A stretch of 50,843 nucleotides of DNA, filler included, from Sphacelaria rigidula (lineage: Eukaryota): assembly GCA_964200075.2 (NCBI GenBank). It is 3 parts of 3 records of this genome, joined end to end, with 100 filler letters (N's around TTAATTAATTAA, not from the genome) between each part and the next. Parts side by side here need not be neighbours in the genome. Positions count along the whole stretch, not along the records: positions 33,965 to 50,843 come from CAXNAA020001227.1; 2 more parts are not named here. One strand, written 5' to 3'. Made by a program: the position numbers and the translations under genes. Below the pieces are notes generated by a model. The model ran no database searches. It saw nothing but the letters and a program-made list of their open reading frames with translations, and was not told the DNA's origin. This document shows, piece by piece, positions 49,201 to 50,843 of this stretch; the stretch's first letter is position 1; each line of letters begins with the position of its first letter.

Positions 49201-50226
49201 TGGTTTCCCCCACACTTTCAGCGATGGTGCCCGATGACGTTTTTGTCGGCATAATGCCGCCTCGACCGCGTAGATACGTTTTCACCACGTTTTACCGACT
49301 CTGTGAGCTTACAGCGCTGACCGAAACCGTCGTTTTCCCTGATATCGCCCCCCCCTCCCCCACCTCCCCCCCAAATCAGGGAAAACGACGGTTTCGGTCA
49401 GCGCTGTAACCTCATAGAGTCGGTAAAACGTGATGAATAAGTATCTACGCGATCGAGGGGCATAATGCTGACAAAAAAAGTCATTAAGCACCATCGCTGG
49501 AAGTGTGGGGAAAGCACTGTTTTGGGCTTGAACCTCATTTTGGTGTTCAACCTCATTCTGTATAACTGTCTGATACACATACTTTTTCTGGTTCAAGTGC
49601 AGGAAATGATCTTGTTTTTTCTCTCGTTGCAGTAATTACGGTGAAGGGCGCCGTCGAAGTTGCTGGTCGTTATTGTTTTATATAGTATGAATTCCCCGCG
49701 CTGTTGTTTTTCGGAGGGGGTGTGTGCTGTTCATCACTGTCCGTACCTCTTTCCGTTCCCTCTCAGTCGGTAGTATAATGAACCTGGATCCGGAGCGCCT
49801 TTGGGGGATTTGACGAGATTAGATGCCGGACTTTCGATCGGGGCAGAGATGAGTTGATCCTTTCAGAGAACGAGCTCTTGGCGAGGAAATATAGGAGTTG
49901 AAGGTTTGTAAAAAATAAATAATAATAACCCCCCGTACCCGCTCCGCTCCCCCCCTCTCATCCTGCTCCCACTTTCTGTCTTTGCCTCTGACTGACTGTA
50001 TTGTCTGACTGCCTGAATGCCTGGGTTGTCTTGCCTCTCTGGATCTCCCCGTGCTACATCTTCGGCAAGGTTACAGACGAGATGAAGGAGGACGAAGAGT
50101 TTTTGCAAAAGGTTCACCACGCCCTCATGGAAGTGGACCTGATGGAGGGCGAGCTGGTGTGCCCCGAAACCGGACGCAAATTCCCGGTACGACAAGGCGT
50201 GCCGAACATGCTTCTTCACGAGGACG
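46225..50226 (+). CDS. TRM112: Multifunctional methyltransferase activator subunit TRM112 (exons 46225-46339, 48982-49073, 50070-50226; terminal codons probably on a further micro-exon)
   Basis: The spliced product MRLITHNMLKSNIKGVKQGFPL...DFTCNMLTKLEWEAFRKAA...LPEEVTDEMKEDEEFLQKVHHALMEVDLMEGELVCPETGRKFPVRQGVPNMLLHED matches eukaryotic Trm112 along its length. All junctions are GT-AG and in phase. Confidence 0.96.
46507..48616. mobile_element. Non-autonomous hAT-like element (2110 bp), copy 2, in TRM112 intron 1
   Basis: TIR CAGGGACCTACACGTTACAC / GTGTAACGTGTAGACCCCTG; perfect 8-bp TSD GTTATTAG at 46499-46506 and 48617-48624. Confidence 0.92.
49173..49544. mobile_element. Near-perfect palindromic MITE in TRM112 intron 2
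   Basis: Arms of about 170 bp (ACCAAAATGAGGTTCAAGCCCAAA...TTTGGGCTTGAACCTCATTTTGGT) around a C-rich loop. Confidence 0.85.
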
Positions 50227-50843
50227 GTGGGTATGCATGCACACATGCAGGAAACGTTGAAAACACGCACAACCGTATACCGTTGTAGCGAAGACACTAC
50301 TTTTAATTATGGCGGTATTCCAAGAATAATTGGATCTTTCGTTCCTCGAAATTTGGCCAGAATTTCGTGGTGACAGCGCTCTTGCGTTTTGTTTTGCGGA
50401 TATCATGATGGTGGTTCAACTAGTTCATGTTGTGCAGGGTGGGAAAACCTCATTCCGCGCAAAGGGGATGATCGTACTACGTGGGGTTCATATGGCGAGA
50501 TACCCGTAGAGGCAGTGCGTAAGCCGTGGCTGTCTCTGTAAGTAAGTGACGATACCAGAAAATGAAGCAACTCATTGGAAGCTGTCATCTGTATGCGTGA
50601 TACTCAGTACGCTTTGGCGCGAACAGTCTCAGCAAGATGCAGCTCACCCTTCATGTGAGTCGCCGAAGACATGACGGCGCTTCGCGCTTGGTGATTGATA
50701 GCGAGCATGGTCCGGCGAAAACCCGGCGTGCTCCTTCCCGGCTTGTAGGGATGCGAGGTCAATGGTCATATGACCACGACACGCAAGATCATGAGTACCC
50801 CCCCCCCCCCCCCCCCCCCCACCCCCCCACCCCACGGACCACC

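Noticed and set aside
3777..50226. Pcc1 and TRM112 as a tRNA-modification gene cluster
   Set aside because: They are on different contigs joined by artificial linkers.

Overview
Eukaryotic nuclear DNA, intron-rich and dense in transposons. It is most likely a brown alga or other photosynthetic stramenopile, judging from the GT-AG introns of 0.2-4 kb and a bipartite plastid-targeting presequence. The window is not one locus: three contigs (1-16882, 16983-33864, 33965-50843; 16882, 16882 and 16879 bp) are joined by artificial 100-nt linkers (N44-TTAATTAATTAA-N44), so no synteny can be read across them. I assembled five genes by eye from splice sites and frame phase: a partial KEOPS subunit Pcc1/LAGE3, a 10-exon plastid-targeted ABA4/DUF4281-family protein with long N- and C-terminal extensions, a partial class-3 lipase, two exons of a Lys/Glu-rich protein, and TRM112. 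The rest is a degenerate RTE-like LINE, tRNA-derived SINEs, non-autonomous hAT elements with 8-bp TSDs, a piggyBac-like MITE, hairpin MITEs and transposase relics. I found no clearly new system. The best leads are (i) decayed, intron-less coding relics with no recognisable TE domain that are shared between contigs (possible endogenous viral elements), (ii) the extended ABA4-like architecture, (iii) two hAT elements of identical 2110-bp length with near-identical target sites and an internal ~600-bp hairpin, and (iv) an HDV-ribozyme-like pairing pattern in the LINE 5' region. All family calls come from motif recognition, not database searches.
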